The notes: generated by a model not told the origin, from the sequence alone. DNA of 64,000 nucleotides from Micromonosporaceae bacterium (GCA_036378155.1 DASUXA010000040.1:25800-89799), one strand, 5' to 3'; shown: positions 8,874 through 17,954, counted from the first letter of the stretch. Program-made: numbers and translations.

Positions 8874-9788
8874 GTGCGGGTGAGACGCGCCCGCACCCGC
8901 CGGCTCGTGACGACCGTTGCGCTGCTCGCCGCGTCGGCGCTGGTCGCGTCGTGTACCGGGGGACCGTCGCCACCCGCCCCGATCGGCGCCGGCACGCCGT
9001 CGCCGGATGCGACCGGGCCGGGCGGCGCCCGACCGGTACCGCGCGCCGAGCACGTCGTGGTCGTGGTCCTCGAGAACCGCGCCGCGACCCAGGTCATCGG
9101 CGATCCACAGGCGCCGTGGCTGAACGGGCTCGCCGCCCGCGGTGCCCTGTTCACCGACGCGCACGCGGTGACCCATCCCAGCCAGCCGAACTACCTGGCG
9201 CTGTTCTCCGGCGACACACACGGCGTCATCGACGACCACTGCCCGGTGTCGCTGTCCGGACCGACGCTCGCCGGGCAGCTACGCACGGCGGGGGGCTCGT
9301 TCGTCGGGTACTCCGAGGGGCTGCCCGAGCCCGGCTACACCGGCTGCTCCGCCGGGCGGTACGCCCGCAAGCACGCCCCGTGGGTCGACTTTCCGGACCT
9401 CGGCAGCGCCGTCGACCAGCCGCTGACCGCGCTGCCCCGCGACTTCGCGGCGCTGCCCACGGTCGCGTTCGTGATCCCGGACCTGTGCCACGACATGCAC
9501 GACTGCTCCGTGGCGACGGGCGACGCGTGGCTGCGCGACCACCTCGACGGGTACCTGACCTGGGCGGCGAGCCACCGGTCGGTGCTGGTCGTGACGTTCG
9601 ACGAGGACGACAGGGACCACGGCAACCACATCGCGACGATCGTGGCGGGCGCGCGCGTGGTCCCCGGCAGGTACGGCGACCCGGTGGACCACTACCGGCT
9701 GCTGCGCACCGTCGAGGCGCTGTGCGGGCTGGGCGGTATCGGCGAGGCGACGCGACGAACGCCGGTGACCGACATCTGGATCGGCTGA
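8874..9788 (+). CDS. phosphoesterase-family (acid phosphatase/phospholipase C-like) lipoprotein
   Basis: Lipobox LLAASALVASC after Arg-rich residues. Family blocks VVVVVLENR, HPSQPNYLALFSG and VVTFDEDD. The start is set at in-frame GTG 8874; the track ORF starts at 8811. Confidence 0.8.
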   Translation: MRVRRARTRRLVTTVALLAASALVASCTGGPSPPAPIGAGTPSPDATGPGGARPVPRAEHVVVVVLENRAATQVIGDPQAPWLNGLAARGALFTDAHAVTHPSQPNYLALFSGDTHGVIDDHCPVSLSGPTLAGQLRTAGGSFVGYSEGLPEPGYTGCSAGRYARKHAPWVDFPDLGSAVDQPLTALPRDFAALPTVAFVIPDLCHDMHDCSVATGDAWLRDHLDGYLTWAASHRSVLVVTFDEDDRDHGNHIATIVAGARVVPGRYGDPVDHYRLLRTVEALCGLGGIGEATRRTPVTDIWIG

Positions 9789-10489
9789 GCGCGGCGGCGA
9801 GCCGCGCGGATCTGCCGCGCCAGCTGCCCCGCCGCGGCGAGCAGCGCGCCGACGAGGACGCCGACCAGGTGCTCACGCTGGGTGGCGCCGTGCAGCGTGG
9901 CGCTCTCGACGACCTGGTACCCGACCAGTACCAGCGCGAGCCAGGTGACCCGGCGGCTGACCGCCAGGTACGCCAGCAGCGCCAGCACCGCCGCCGACGG
10001 CCCCGCGTCCGGATAGTGCAGGTACCACCGGCTGAGCCCGACCGGCGTGCCCAACCAGATCCACAGCCGTACCGACAGCGTGGCCGCGGCGTGCCCGGCG
10101 AAGCTGACCAGCACGGTACGTCGCGTGCCGAGTGCCGCCTGCGCGGCGGCGAACACCACGCCGACCTGGAGTACCGCGAACCAGAACGGCAGCAGGCTGG
10201 CGGGGGCGAAGATCGACAGCGGGAGCCTGGCGAGCAGTACCGGCAGCGGCAGGTAGTCCTCGACGACCGCGATGTGCCGGACCACGACCTCCCCGGACCG
10301 GGTGCGCGCCAGCAGGGCGAACAGCACCACGAGCGCCGCCCCGGCAGCCCCCAGCCACAGCTGCGACCAGCGACGCCGTCGCAGCGCCCGACCGAACGGA
10401 CCCAGCAGGCGGTCCACCTGGGCGGTCAACGCGACGCCGACGGCGCGACCCCCCGGGCCGCGTACTGCCGTCGGCGACCGTGCTGCCAT
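9692..10489 (-). CDS. integral membrane protein, function unknown
   Basis: 265-aa ORF with about 6 hydrophobic segments. Its 3' end overlaps the convergent phosphoesterase gene by 97 nt. Confidence 0.6.
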   Translation of the reverse strand: MAARSPTAVRGPGGRAVGVALTAQVDRLLGPFGRALRRRRWSQLWLGAAGAALVVLFALLARTRSGEVVVRHIAVVEDYLPLPVLLARLPLSIFAPASLLPFWFAVLQVGVVFAAAQAALGTRRTVLVSFAGHAAATLSVRLWIWLGTPVGLSRWYLHYPDAGPSAAVLALLAYLAVSRRVTWLALVLVGYQVVESATLHGATQREHLVGVLVGALLAAAGQLARQIRAARRRAQPIQMSVTGVRRVASPIPPSPHSASTVRSSR

Positions 10490-10604
10490 GCCGCCCGCCT
10501 TCTGATCACGATCCGTTACCGACCATTGTTGCCCAGTCAGCGCGCCGCGGAGGTGAGATGCTCAGGGAAACGCCGGGTGCCGGCGGCTGGCGAGAGGGGG
10601 CGGC

Positions 10605-11342
10605 GTGCGGGTCGGGCTGTTTCTGACGTGCTTCAACGACACGCTGTTCCCGCAGGTGGGCCGGGCCACGGCGACGGTACTGGAGCGGCTGGGGGTGAGC
10701 GTCGACTTCCCGGTCGCGCAGACCTGCTGCGGGCAGATGCACTTCAATTCCGGGTACCGGGCGGAATGCGTACCCATGGTCGACCGGTTCACCCGCGCCT
10801 TCGAGTCGTACGACGCGATCGTCACCCCGTCCGCCTCGTGCGCGGCGATGGTGCGCCACTACCACCCGACCGTGGCCGGTATCGCCGGCGGCGACCTGCC
10901 GGCGCGCGTGGAGCACACGCTGCCCCGGGTGTACGAGTTGACCGAGTTCCTCACCGACGTGCTCGGCGTGACCGACGTCGGCGCGTCGTTCCCGTACCCG
11001 GTCGCGTTCCACCCGACCTGCCACTCGCTGCGCCTGCTGCACGTCGGCGACCGCCCCCAGCGGCTGCTGCGCGAGGTGCGCGGGCTGACCCTGGTCGACC
11101 TGCCGCGCGCCCGGTCGTGCTGCGGATTCGGCGGTACGTTCGCGGTGAAGAACCCGGACACCTCGGTGGCGATGGGCGACGACAAGGTCCGCGACGTGCT
11201 GTCCACCGACGCCCCGGTGCTCACCGCCGTGGACACGTCGTGCCTGATGCACATCGGCGGGCGGCTGTCCCGGCTCGGCGCGAAGGTACGGGTGATGCAC
11301 CTCGCCGAGATCCTGACGCACACCGACGGGAGGTCGTCATGA
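10605..11342 (+). CDS. lutA: lactate utilization protein A (CCG-domain Fe-S oxidoreductase)
   Basis: 245-aa ORF with MRVGLFLTCFND and two CCG-type motifs (QTCCGQ, RSCCGFGG). ATGA overlap with lutB. Confidence 0.9.
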   Translation: MRVGLFLTCFNDTLFPQVGRATATVLERLGVSVDFPVAQTCCGQMHFNSGYRAECVPMVDRFTRAFESYDAIVTPSASCAAMVRHYHPTVAGIAGGDLPARVEHTLPRVYELTEFLTDVLGVTDVGASFPYPVAFHPTCHSLRLLHVGDRPQRLLREVRGLTLVDLPRARSCCGFGGTFAVKNPDTSVAMGDDKVRDVLSTDAPVLTAVDTSCLMHIGGRLSRLGAKVRVMHLAEILTHTDGRSS

Positions 11343-12868
11343 GTGTCGAGGCGCCGCGCCGGGCGGGCGGCACAGCGACCGGTACCGGCCGCGCCACGCC
11401 GACGTTCCTCGGCATGCCGCCGTTCCCCGAGGCGGCCCGCGTCGCGCTCGCGGACCGGCAACTGCGTGCCAACCTCGGCCGCGCCACCACGACCATCCGG
11501 GCGAAACGCGCCCGGGTGGTCGCCGAACGCGACGACTGGGAGGCACTGCGGCGCGCCGGTGAGGCGATCAAGGACGACGTGCTCACCCGGCTGCCGGAGT
11601 ACCTCGAACAACTCGAAGCGGCGGTGACCGCGGCAGGTGGGATCGTGCACTGGGCGCGCGACGCCGCCGAGGCGAACCGGATCGTCACCGGCATCGCCCG
11701 TACCCACGAGATCGACGAGGTCGTCAAGGTCAAATCGATGGCGACCCAGGAGATCGAACTCAACGAGGCGCTCGCCGAGGCCGGTATCGACGTGTGGGAG
11801 ACCGACCTGGCGGAGTTGATCGTCCAACTCGGCCACGACCTGCCGTCGCACATCCTGGTACCGGCGATCCACCGCAACCGCGCCGAGATCCGCGACATCT
11901 TCGCCGCCGAGATGGGCCTGGTCGGACGTCCCGCCCCGGACAACCTGTCCGACACCCCGACGGACCTCGCGGAGGCGGCCCGACTGCACCTGCGCGAGAA
12001 GTTCCTGCGCGCCCGGATGGCGATCTCCGGCGGCAACTTCGCGGTCGCCGACACCGGCACGATCGTGGTCCTGGAATCCGAGGGCAACGGGCGGATGTGC
12101 CTGACCCTGCCGGACGTCCTGGTCACCGTGCTGGGCATCGAGAAACTCGTACCGACCTGGGCGGATCTCGAGGTGTTCCTGCAGCTGCTGCCCCGCTCGT
12201 CGACCGCGGAGCGGATGAACCCGTACACCTCGACCTGGACCGGCGTGACGCCCGGCGACGGACCGCAGGAGTTCCACCTGGTACTGCTGGACAACGGCCG
12301 CAGCGACACCCTGGCGGACCCGGTGGGGCGGCAGGCGTTGCGGTGCATCCGCTGCTCGGCGTGCCTGAACGTGTGTCCGGTGTACGAGCGGACCGGCGGG
12401 CGGGCGTACGGGTCGGTGTACCCGGGACCGATCGGCGCGATCCTCACCCCGCAACTGCGCGGCATCAACCAGCACCCGGTCGACGAGCAGACCTCGTCGC
12501 TGCCGTACGCGTCGTCGCTGTGCGGGGCGTGTTTCGAGGTGTGCCCGGTCCGCATCGACATCCCCCGCGTCCTGGTCGAACTGCGCGCGAAAGTGGTGGA
12601 CCACAAGCGGGCGACCCACCGGGTGCCGACGCCGGAGCAGGCGGTCATGGCCGCCGCCGCCTGGACGTTCGACGACCCGCGCCGGCTGTCGCTGGCGCAG
12701 AAGGCGGGCGGCTGGGCGGGGCGGCTGGTCGGGCGGGGTGGACGGCTGCGCCGCCTGCCCGGGCCCGGCTGGATCTCCGCCTGGTTCGGCGCGCGGGACC
12801 TCGTCGCCCCGCCGACCGAGTCGTTCCGCGCCTGGTGGCGCTCGCGTACCCGGCGGAGCGGATCATGA
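11339..12868 (+). CDS. lutB: lactate utilization protein B (4Fe-4S protein)
   Basis: In-frame ATG at 11339 inside the 8501-12868 ORF. Two ferredoxin-type clusters are present (CIRCSACLNVCP, CGACFEVCP). The upstream 946 codons of that ORF are Arg-rich shadow. Confidence 0.9.
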   Translation: MSVEAPRRAGGTATGTGRATPTFLGMPPFPEAARVALADRQLRANLGRATTTIRAKRARVVAERDDWEALRRAGEAIKDDVLTRLPEYLEQLEAAVTAAGGIVHWARDAAEANRIVTGIARTHEIDEVVKVKSMATQEIELNEALAEAGIDVWETDLAELIVQLGHDLPSHILVPAIHRNRAEIRDIFAAEMGLVGRPAPDNLSDTPTDLAEAARLHLREKFLRARMAISGGNFAVADTGTIVVLESEGNGRMCLTLPDVLVTVLGIEKLVPTWADLEVFLQLLPRSSTAERMNPYTSTWTGVTPGDGPQEFHLVLLDNGRSDTLADPVGRQALRCIRCSACLNVCPVYERTGGRAYGSVYPGPIGAILTPQLRGINQHPVDEQTSSLPYASSLCGACFEVCPVRIDIPRVLVELRAKVVDHKRATHRVPTPEQAVMAAAAWTFDDPRRLSLAQKAGGWAGRLVGRGGRLRRLPGPGWISAWFGARDLVAPPTESFRAWWRSRTRRSGS

Positions 12869-13485
12869 GCGCCCGCGAGGAGGTGTTGGCGCGGGTGCGC
12901 GCCGCGCTCGCCGACCGGCCCGTCCCGCCGGCGGTACCGCGCGAGTACCGACGCTCCGCCGCACCCGGCGACGCGGACGTCGTCGACCTGTTCGTGGAGC
13001 GGGCCGCCGACTATCGGGCGACGGTGACCAGGGTGAGTCCGGACGGCGTGTCCGACGCGGTCGCCGCTGCGCTGGCCGGACGCGGGGCGCGCCGGGTGGC
13101 GGTACCGGACGGGGTACCGGCGGACTGGATCGCCGGTGCGGACGTCGACGCGGTCCGCGACCAGCCGCCGTTGACCGTCGCCGAACTGGACCGGTTGGAC
13201 GGCGTCGTCACCGGCTGCGCCGTCGCGATCGCCGAACCGGGAACGATCGTGCTCGACGGCGGGTCGGGTCAGGGACGGCGGGCGTTGACGCTGCTGCCGG
13301 ACTACCACCTGTGCGTGGTGCGGGTCGACCAGATCGTGGCGACGGTACCGGAGGCGCTCGGTCGGCTCGACCCGCGCCGTCCGCAGACCTGGATCAGCGG
13401 GCCGTCGGCGACCAGCGACATCGAACTCGACCGGGTCGAGGGCGTACACGGCCCGCGCACGCTGCACATCCTCGTCGTCGGCTGA
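12865..13485 (+). CDS. lutC: lactate utilization protein C (LUD domain)
   Basis: ATG 12865 overlaps the lutB stop (ATGA). LutC-like blocks are SAREEVLARVRAAL and GVTGCAVAIAEPGTIVL. Confidence 0.85.
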   Translation: MSAREEVLARVRAALADRPVPPAVPREYRRSAAPGDADVVDLFVERAADYRATVTRVSPDGVSDAVAAALAGRGARRVAVPDGVPADWIAGADVDAVRDQPPLTVAELDRLDGVVTGCAVAIAEPGTIVLDGGSGQGRRALTLLPDYHLCVVRVDQIVATVPEALGRLDPRRPQTWISGPSATSDIELDRVEGVHGPRTLHILVVG

Positions 13486-13515
13486 CCGCGGCGCGTCGTC
13501 GGCTGACCGCGGCGC
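13474..13515. repeat. exact 21-bp tandem duplication (x2) spanning the lutC stop codon
   Basis: GTCGTCGGCTGACCGCGGCGC occurs at 13474-13494 and again at 13495-13515. Confidence 0.9.
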
Positions 13516-13562
13516 GCCGACGCGGGTCCGACGGAGCCGGATCGAGGTGTACCGGCTCAGCG

Positions 13563-13602
13563 GTACAACGCTGGTGATGTGGCTACATCACCAGCGTTGT
13601 AC
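13563..13602. terminator. perfect 18-bp stem / 4-nt loop hairpin between convergent genes
   Basis: GTACAACGCTGGTGATGT-GGCT-ACATCACCAGCGTTGTAC. It lies between lutC (ends 13485) and the secreted-protein gene (ends 13684). There is no T-tract. Confidence 0.6.
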
Positions 13603-13613
13603 ACCGTGAGGGG

Positions 13614-13652
13614 CACGTGCCGACTCACGCCACGTGCCGACTCACGCCACGT
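13614..13652. repeat. 17-bp tandem repeat CACGTGCCGACTCACGC (2.3 copies)
   Basis: Copies at 13614-13630 and 13631-13647, plus a partial third copy. Each unit carries a CACGTG palindrome. Confidence 0.9.
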
Positions 13653-13683
13653 CGACCACATCCAGGTGTCGTGAGCCAACGGC

Positions 13684-14823
13684 TCACGACACGTTGACCG
13701 CGGTGTCGTCGATGACGAACGAGGTCTGCAGCATCGAGTCCTCGGTACCGGTGAACTTCAGGGTCACCGTCTGCCCGGCGTACGAGGCGAGGCTGAACGA
13801 CTTCTGGGTGTACCCGGAGTTGTGGTTGAGGTTGGAGTAGGTCGCCAGGGTCGCCAGCACCGAGCCGCTGGAGTTGAGCACCTGCACCTTCAGCGTGTCG
13901 TACGCGCTGGACGTGGTGGTCTCCGCCGTGTCGATGTGCAGGTAGAAGCTGAACGTGTACGTGGTGCACCCGGACGGCAAGCTCACCGCCTGCGACAGCG
14001 TGTCGGTGTGGCTGCTGCCGTACCCGTCGAGCCACGCGTACCACGACCCGGAGTGCGGCGATTCGCCCGACGAACTGGTGATCACACCACTGCTCGCGGA
14101 CCAGACGGTGTTGCCCGACTCGAAGCCGGGGTTGCCGAGCTTCTGCCCCGACCCGGAACAGCCGCCGCCGCCCGACCCGAACTGGACGTCGAGGACGGCG
14201 TGCAGTTCGATGCCGTTCGGCGCGACGCCGGTCTGACCGTGCTGGAAGTCGAAGAACCCGACGCCGGTCACGGTGACCGGGACGTTCGCCGTCTGGAAAC
14301 TGCCCGTCGGGGTGTACTTCGCGTCGAACTCGCCGCGCGCCGTCCTGATCCCGCTCAGCAGTGGACTGCCGGCGCCGACGCACGACGGGTCCGGGATCTC
14401 CGCGATCATGGTGCGCCCGGAGCTGTCCTTGAGCACCAGGTGGTAGTCCGAGTCGGACTCCAGCTTGTACTCGGTCAAGGTGACCTGGAGCCGGAAGACG
14501 GTGGTCTCGGTCGGCTTGATCCGGTTGTTGTCCGGCAGCGAACTCGGCGTGGGCAGCCCGGTCAGGTACGAGATCGTGGTCGAGGTGACCGACGACAGGT
14601 TGATCAGACCGGCGTCGGCGTCGGTGCCGGTCTTCACCGACCACCGCTCCACCCCGCAACTGCCGGTGGTGGAGTACGGGTTGAAGGTGACCGCTTCGGT
14701 CTCCTCCTCGTCCGGCTGCGCGCCGTGGCGCATCGCCGCGCCGACCGCGGTGGCGCTGGCTACCACCGCCAGGAACGCGGCGACCAGGATGGTGGCGAGG
14801 TTGAAGAAGCGTCTGTGCCGCAT
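13684..14823 (-). CDS. secreted two-domain protein (unknown N-terminal domain plus C-terminal jelly-roll/CBM-like domain)
   Basis: Started at ATG 14823 ([26 protein letters not shown] signal). The C-terminal GNPGFESG...WYAWLDGYG...[10 protein letters not shown] pattern is typical of carbohydrate-binding-like modules. Confidence 0.75.
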   Translation of the reverse strand: MRHRRFFNLATILVAAFLAVVASATAVGAAMRHGAQPDEEETEAVTFNPYSTTGSCGVERWSVKTGTDADAGLINLSSVTSTTISYLTGLPTPSSLPDNNRIKPTETTVFRLQVTLTEYKLESDSDYHLVLKDSSGRTMIAEIPDPSCVGAGSPLLSGIRTARGEFDAKYTPTGSFQTANVPVTVTGVGFFDFQHGQTGVAPNGIELHAVLDVQFGSGGGGCSGSGQKLGNPGFESGNTVWSASSGVITSSSGESPHSGSWYAWLDGYGSSHTDTLSQAVSLPSGCTTYTFSFYLHIDTAETTTSSAYDTLKVQVLNSSGSVLATLATYSNLNHNSGYTQKSFSLASYAGQTVTLKFTGTEDSMLQTSFVIDDTAVNVS

Positions 14824-15046
14824 CGGGCCTCCAGAAGCTCGGGCCGCCGGATTCAGGGGTAGGTCGGCGGCGCGGGACGCCGATGCGACGCACACGACCG
14901 CGTCGCGGAGCCGCCGCCGCGCACATTAATAGCCATCTGTCGATTTGGACAGTGCGCTCTTGACAACGTCGCGGCACCGGGGTCGGTCGGGCCGCGCGCG
15001 TGCCGTTCACGCGCCGTCGGCGCGGATCCGGCATATGTTTGCCGCC

Positions 15047-16018
15047 ATGGCACGAACCCGGCTCTACCGCAGCGGTGTGCTGGAGGCAGAGAACTTCCCG
15101 CTCGCCGAGGTATCCGACCACGTCGCCGACCCGGCCGCCACGGTCTGGATCGACGTCTGTTCACCTGATCAGCGTGAGCTGACCGAGATCAGCGCGGAAC
15201 TCGGTCTGCACGAACTCGCGGTCGAGGACGCTCTCGCCCCGCATGAACGACCCAAGCTGGACCGGTACGACAGCCACCTGTTCCTGACCGCCTACGCGGT
15301 GCGTCTCGACGCGACGACCGGGGCGCTCGCGATCTGCGAGGTCGCCGCGTTCGTGACCCGCAACGCGCTGGTCACGGTACGCAGGACCGACGCGTTCGAC
15401 ATCGACGCCGTGGTGGCGCGCTGGGACGCGTCACGCGACCTGGCCAAGTTCGGGGTGGCGTTCCTGCTGCACGGGCTGCTCGACCACGTGGTCGACACCC
15501 ACTTCGACGCGGTCCAGGCGTTGGACCAGGAGATGGAGGCGCTGGAGGACGGGCTGTTCGTCGACCGGCCGCAGGAGCGCGAGACCCAGCGGCGCACCTT
15601 CGCGCTGCGCAAGAGCCTGGTGACCCTGCGCCGGGTGGTCCTGCCGATGCGCGAGGTGGTCAACGCGCTGCTGCGCCGCGACCTGCGCGTCGTCGACCCC
15701 GACATGCAGCCGTACTTCCAGGACGTGTACGACCACGTGCTGCGCGCCACCGAGTGGACCGAGTCGCTGCGCGACCTGGTCACCACCATTCTGGAGACGC
15801 ATCTGACGGTACGCGGCAACCGACTCAACGTGATCATGAAGCAGGTCACGAGTTGGGCGGCGATCATCGCGGTACCGACCGCGATCACCGGCTTCTACGG
15901 GCAGAACGTGCCGTACCCCGGGTACGGGCACGCGGTCGGGTTCTGGACGTCGACCGCGGTCATCATCGGACTGTCCGGGCTGCTGTACCTGATCTTCAAA
16001 CGCAAGGAGTGGCTGTGA
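15047..16018 (+). CDS. corA: CorA-family divalent cation transporter (GQN variant of the GMN motif)
   Basis: Started at ATG 15047. It has a CorA cytoplasmic domain plus two C-terminal TM helices. The signature loop reads FYGQNVPYPG. Confidence 0.9.
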   Translation: MARTRLYRSGVLEAENFPLAEVSDHVADPAATVWIDVCSPDQRELTEISAELGLHELAVEDALAPHERPKLDRYDSHLFLTAYAVRLDATTGALAICEVAAFVTRNALVTVRRTDAFDIDAVVARWDASRDLAKFGVAFLLHGLLDHVVDTHFDAVQALDQEMEALEDGLFVDRPQERETQRRTFALRKSLVTLRRVVLPMREVVNALLRRDLRVVDPDMQPYFQDVYDHVLRATEWTESLRDLVTTILETHLTVRGNRLNVIMKQVTSWAAIIAVPTAITGFYGQNVPYPGYGHAVGFWTSTAVIIGLSGLLYLIFKRKEWL

Positions 16019-16033
16019 CCGCGGGTGCGCCGG

Positions 16034-16987
16034 TCAGCGCGCGCCGCGCCCGCCGCCGATCGAGAACCGCACGACGGTACCGCCGTCGCCGGAACTGATC
16101 GACAGGGCGTCGCACGCGTGGCGGGCGAGCCACAACCCCATGCCGCCGTCCGCGCCGGGCGACGGCGGCAGGTACCCGGCGAGCGGGTCGATCGACGCGC
16201 GACCGGCGTCGCTCACCTCGCCCACCACCCGGTCGTCGACGAACCACAACGCGACGCGTGCCGGAACCGTGCCGTGGCGCAGGCAGTTCGTCGCCAGTTC
16301 GGTCACGGTGAGCGCCAGGTCGTCGACCTGCCGAGCCGGCAGCACCCGGGTCGCTTCGGCGACCGCGCGCACCCGGTCGCGCAGCGCGGCGAGATCGCCC
16401 GTCACCGGTACCGTCAGCGTCGGCTCGCCGCTCGTCGGCGGCACCGGATCGGCGATCTCGTCCAGCAGCGCCGCCGGGTCGAGGTAGGCGCCGCTGGCAC
16501 GGTGCTGCCCGTCCCACACCGTCGGGTGGGTGCGCAGCGCGTCGCCCAGCACCGTCGGGGGCAGCTGCCGGGTGGAGTAGGGGCAGACGATCCAGGCGGG
16601 GGCGTGCGCGAACACGCGGTTCAGCGCCGACTCGTATCGGGTCCAGGTGGCGTGCTCGTCCGGCTCGCCGAACACCACTTCGCCGACCACCCGCGTGTAC
16701 CGGACGCCCCGCGCGGCGAACTCGTCCAGTTGCCGCTGCCAGCCGGCGACGGTCCGGGCGGGGCGCGTGTACCAGTCGGCGTTGTCGACGAACACGACCC
16801 GGTCGGCGTCGTCGCCCAACTCGTCGCGCAGCAGCTCGATGTGCGCCTTGGTGGTCGCCGCCACCGCGCCGTGCCCGTCGGCGAGCGCGCCGCGCAGGAA
16901 CGGTGCGGTGAGAGCGACGAACCGCTCGTCCGAGTCGTAGAAGACCGCGTCGTGGCAGAAACTATCGCCTTCGGTCACCGTCATCAA
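16034..16987 (-). CDS. MEDS-domain / HATPase (RsbW-type anti-sigma kinase-like) fusion protein
   Basis: The N-terminal HDAVFYDSDERFV...FVDNADWY matches the MEDS pattern. The C-terminal LTVTELATNCLRHG ... GGMGLWLARHACD matches the N-box and G2-box of HATPase_c_2. Confidence 0.8.
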   Translation of the reverse strand: MMTVTEGDSFCHDAVFYDSDERFVALTAPFLRGALADGHGAVAATTKAHIELLRDELGDDADRVVFVDNADWYTRPARTVAGWQRQLDEFAARGVRYTRVVGEVVFGEPDEHATWTRYESALNRVFAHAPAWIVCPYSTRQLPPTVLGDALRTHPTVWDGQHRASGAYLDPAALLDEIADPVPPTSGEPTLTVPVTGDLAALRDRVRAVAEATRVLPARQVDDLALTVTELATNCLRHGTVPARVALWFVDDRVVGEVSDAGRASIDPLAGYLPPSPGADGGMGLWLARHACDALSISSGDGGTVVRFSIGGGRGAR

Positions 16988-17003
16988 TCGATCACCCGCC
17001 CCC

Positions 17004-17016
17004 GTACCCCCCGCAA
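17004..17016 (+). promoter_or_regulatory. motif GTACCCCCCGCAA (copy 1), upstream of the mocA-like gene
   Basis: A near-identical 12-13-mer recurs at 17955-17966. It is followed by CTGCCAC here and by the reverse complement GTGGCAG at copy 2. Confidence 0.3.
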
Positions 17017-17200
17017 GGGGCTGCCACGCTGTGCGCAGCGCTCACCAGGTCCCCTTCCGTCGGACGACATCACCGTAACCCGGCGCGCCGACCCCCGCCG
17101 GGCGCAGCCGGGGCGCACGGCATCGCCTGCGGCGAACGCGAGGATCAGTCTGCCGCGTCCCCCGATGACTCGGCTGCTCACGGATGGTGTACCCGGTCAC

Positions 17201-17929
17201 ATGGCGCGGCCGGCGAGGGATGCTGGGGCGGTGAGCGCCGCCGACGAGACACGAGCGGGGACCGGTGTCGGACCGGACGGGTCCGAGGGGCCCTCCGCCG
17301 GCGAGGGCGGGTCCGAGGCGTCCCCCGCCCGCGAGGGCGGGTCCGCTCGGGTCGCCGGGCTCGTGCTGGCGGCGGGGGCGGGTCGCCGGTACGGGCGCCC
17401 CAAGGCGCTCGTCGAGATCGACGGCCGTCCACTCGTGGCGCGCGCCGTGGACACCCTGGTCGCGGCCGGCTGCGATCCGGTGGCGGTGGTCGTCGGCGCC
17501 GCGTCCGAGAAGGTACGCGCCCTGCTCGCCGGGTTGCCGGCGGTCGCCGTCGACAACCCGGAGTGGGGCACCGGCATGGCGTCCTCGCTGCGCGCGGGTC
17601 TGCGCGCCCTCGCCGGTACCGACGCCGTCGCCGTGGTCGTGCTGCTGGTCGACATGCCGGGCATCACCGCCGCCGCGGTGCGCCGGCTGACCGGGTACGC
17701 CCGGTCGGACGTGCTGGCGACCGCGAGGTACGGCCGGCGGCGCGGGCACCCGGTCCTGCTCGGGCGCGCCCACTGGGACGCAGTCGCCGCGTGCGCGACC
17801 GGTGACGCCGGGGCGCGGGGGTACCTGGCCCGGCATGCCGACCGCGTGGTCGGCGTCGAGTGCGGCGACGTCGCCGACCCGACCGACCTCGACGTACCGA
17901 GCGGCGCGCCGGCTGAGCGGCGGAGGTAG
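17201..17929 (+). CDS. mocA: MobA-like NTP transferase (molybdenum cofactor cytidylyltransferase-like)
   Basis: Block LVLAAGAGRRYGRPKALVEIDGRPLV and later VLLVDMPG. The start is uncertain (ATG 17165, ATG 17201, or later). The N-terminal region is low-complexity and Gly/Ser/Glu-rich. Confidence 0.7.
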   Translation: MARPARDAGAVSAADETRAGTGVGPDGSEGPSAGEGGSEASPAREGGSARVAGLVLAAGAGRRYGRPKALVEIDGRPLVARAVDTLVAAGCDPVAVVVGAASEKVRALLAGLPAVAVDNPEWGTGMASSLRAGLRALAGTDAVAVVVLLVDMPGITAAAVRRLTGYARSDVLATARYGRRRGHPVLLGRAHWDAVAACATGDAGARGYLARHADRVVGVECGDVADPTDLDVPSGAPAERRR

Positions 17930-17954
17930 CCGACCGTGGTCGCACCGCCTCGCG

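Noticed and set aside
8501-11338. N-terminal 946 codons of the 1455-aa ORF that ends as lutB.
   Set aside because: This part overlaps the ALDH, phosphoesterase, membrane-protein and lutA genes in other frames and is Arg-rich. LutB homology starts at the ATG at 11339, which is ATGA-coupled to lutA.
13474-13652. Tandem repeats here, and at 39271-39341 and 60209-60260, as possible CRISPR arrays.
   Set aside because: There are only 2-3 directly abutting copies without unique spacers, the units are short (17-35 bp), and no cas genes are present.
13684-14823. Horizontal acquisition of the secreted-protein gene, suggested by its lower overall GC.
   Set aside because: Third-codon positions are as GC-rich as in neighbouring genes. 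The lower GC comes from Ser/Thr/Asn/Tyr-rich amino-acid composition.
14960-14965. TTGACA hexamer upstream of corA as a -35 element, and the nearby CTGTC-N6-GACAG repeat (14935-14950).
   Set aside because: No TAnnnT-like -10 sits at 16-19 nt spacing, and the short 5-bp arms could be chance.
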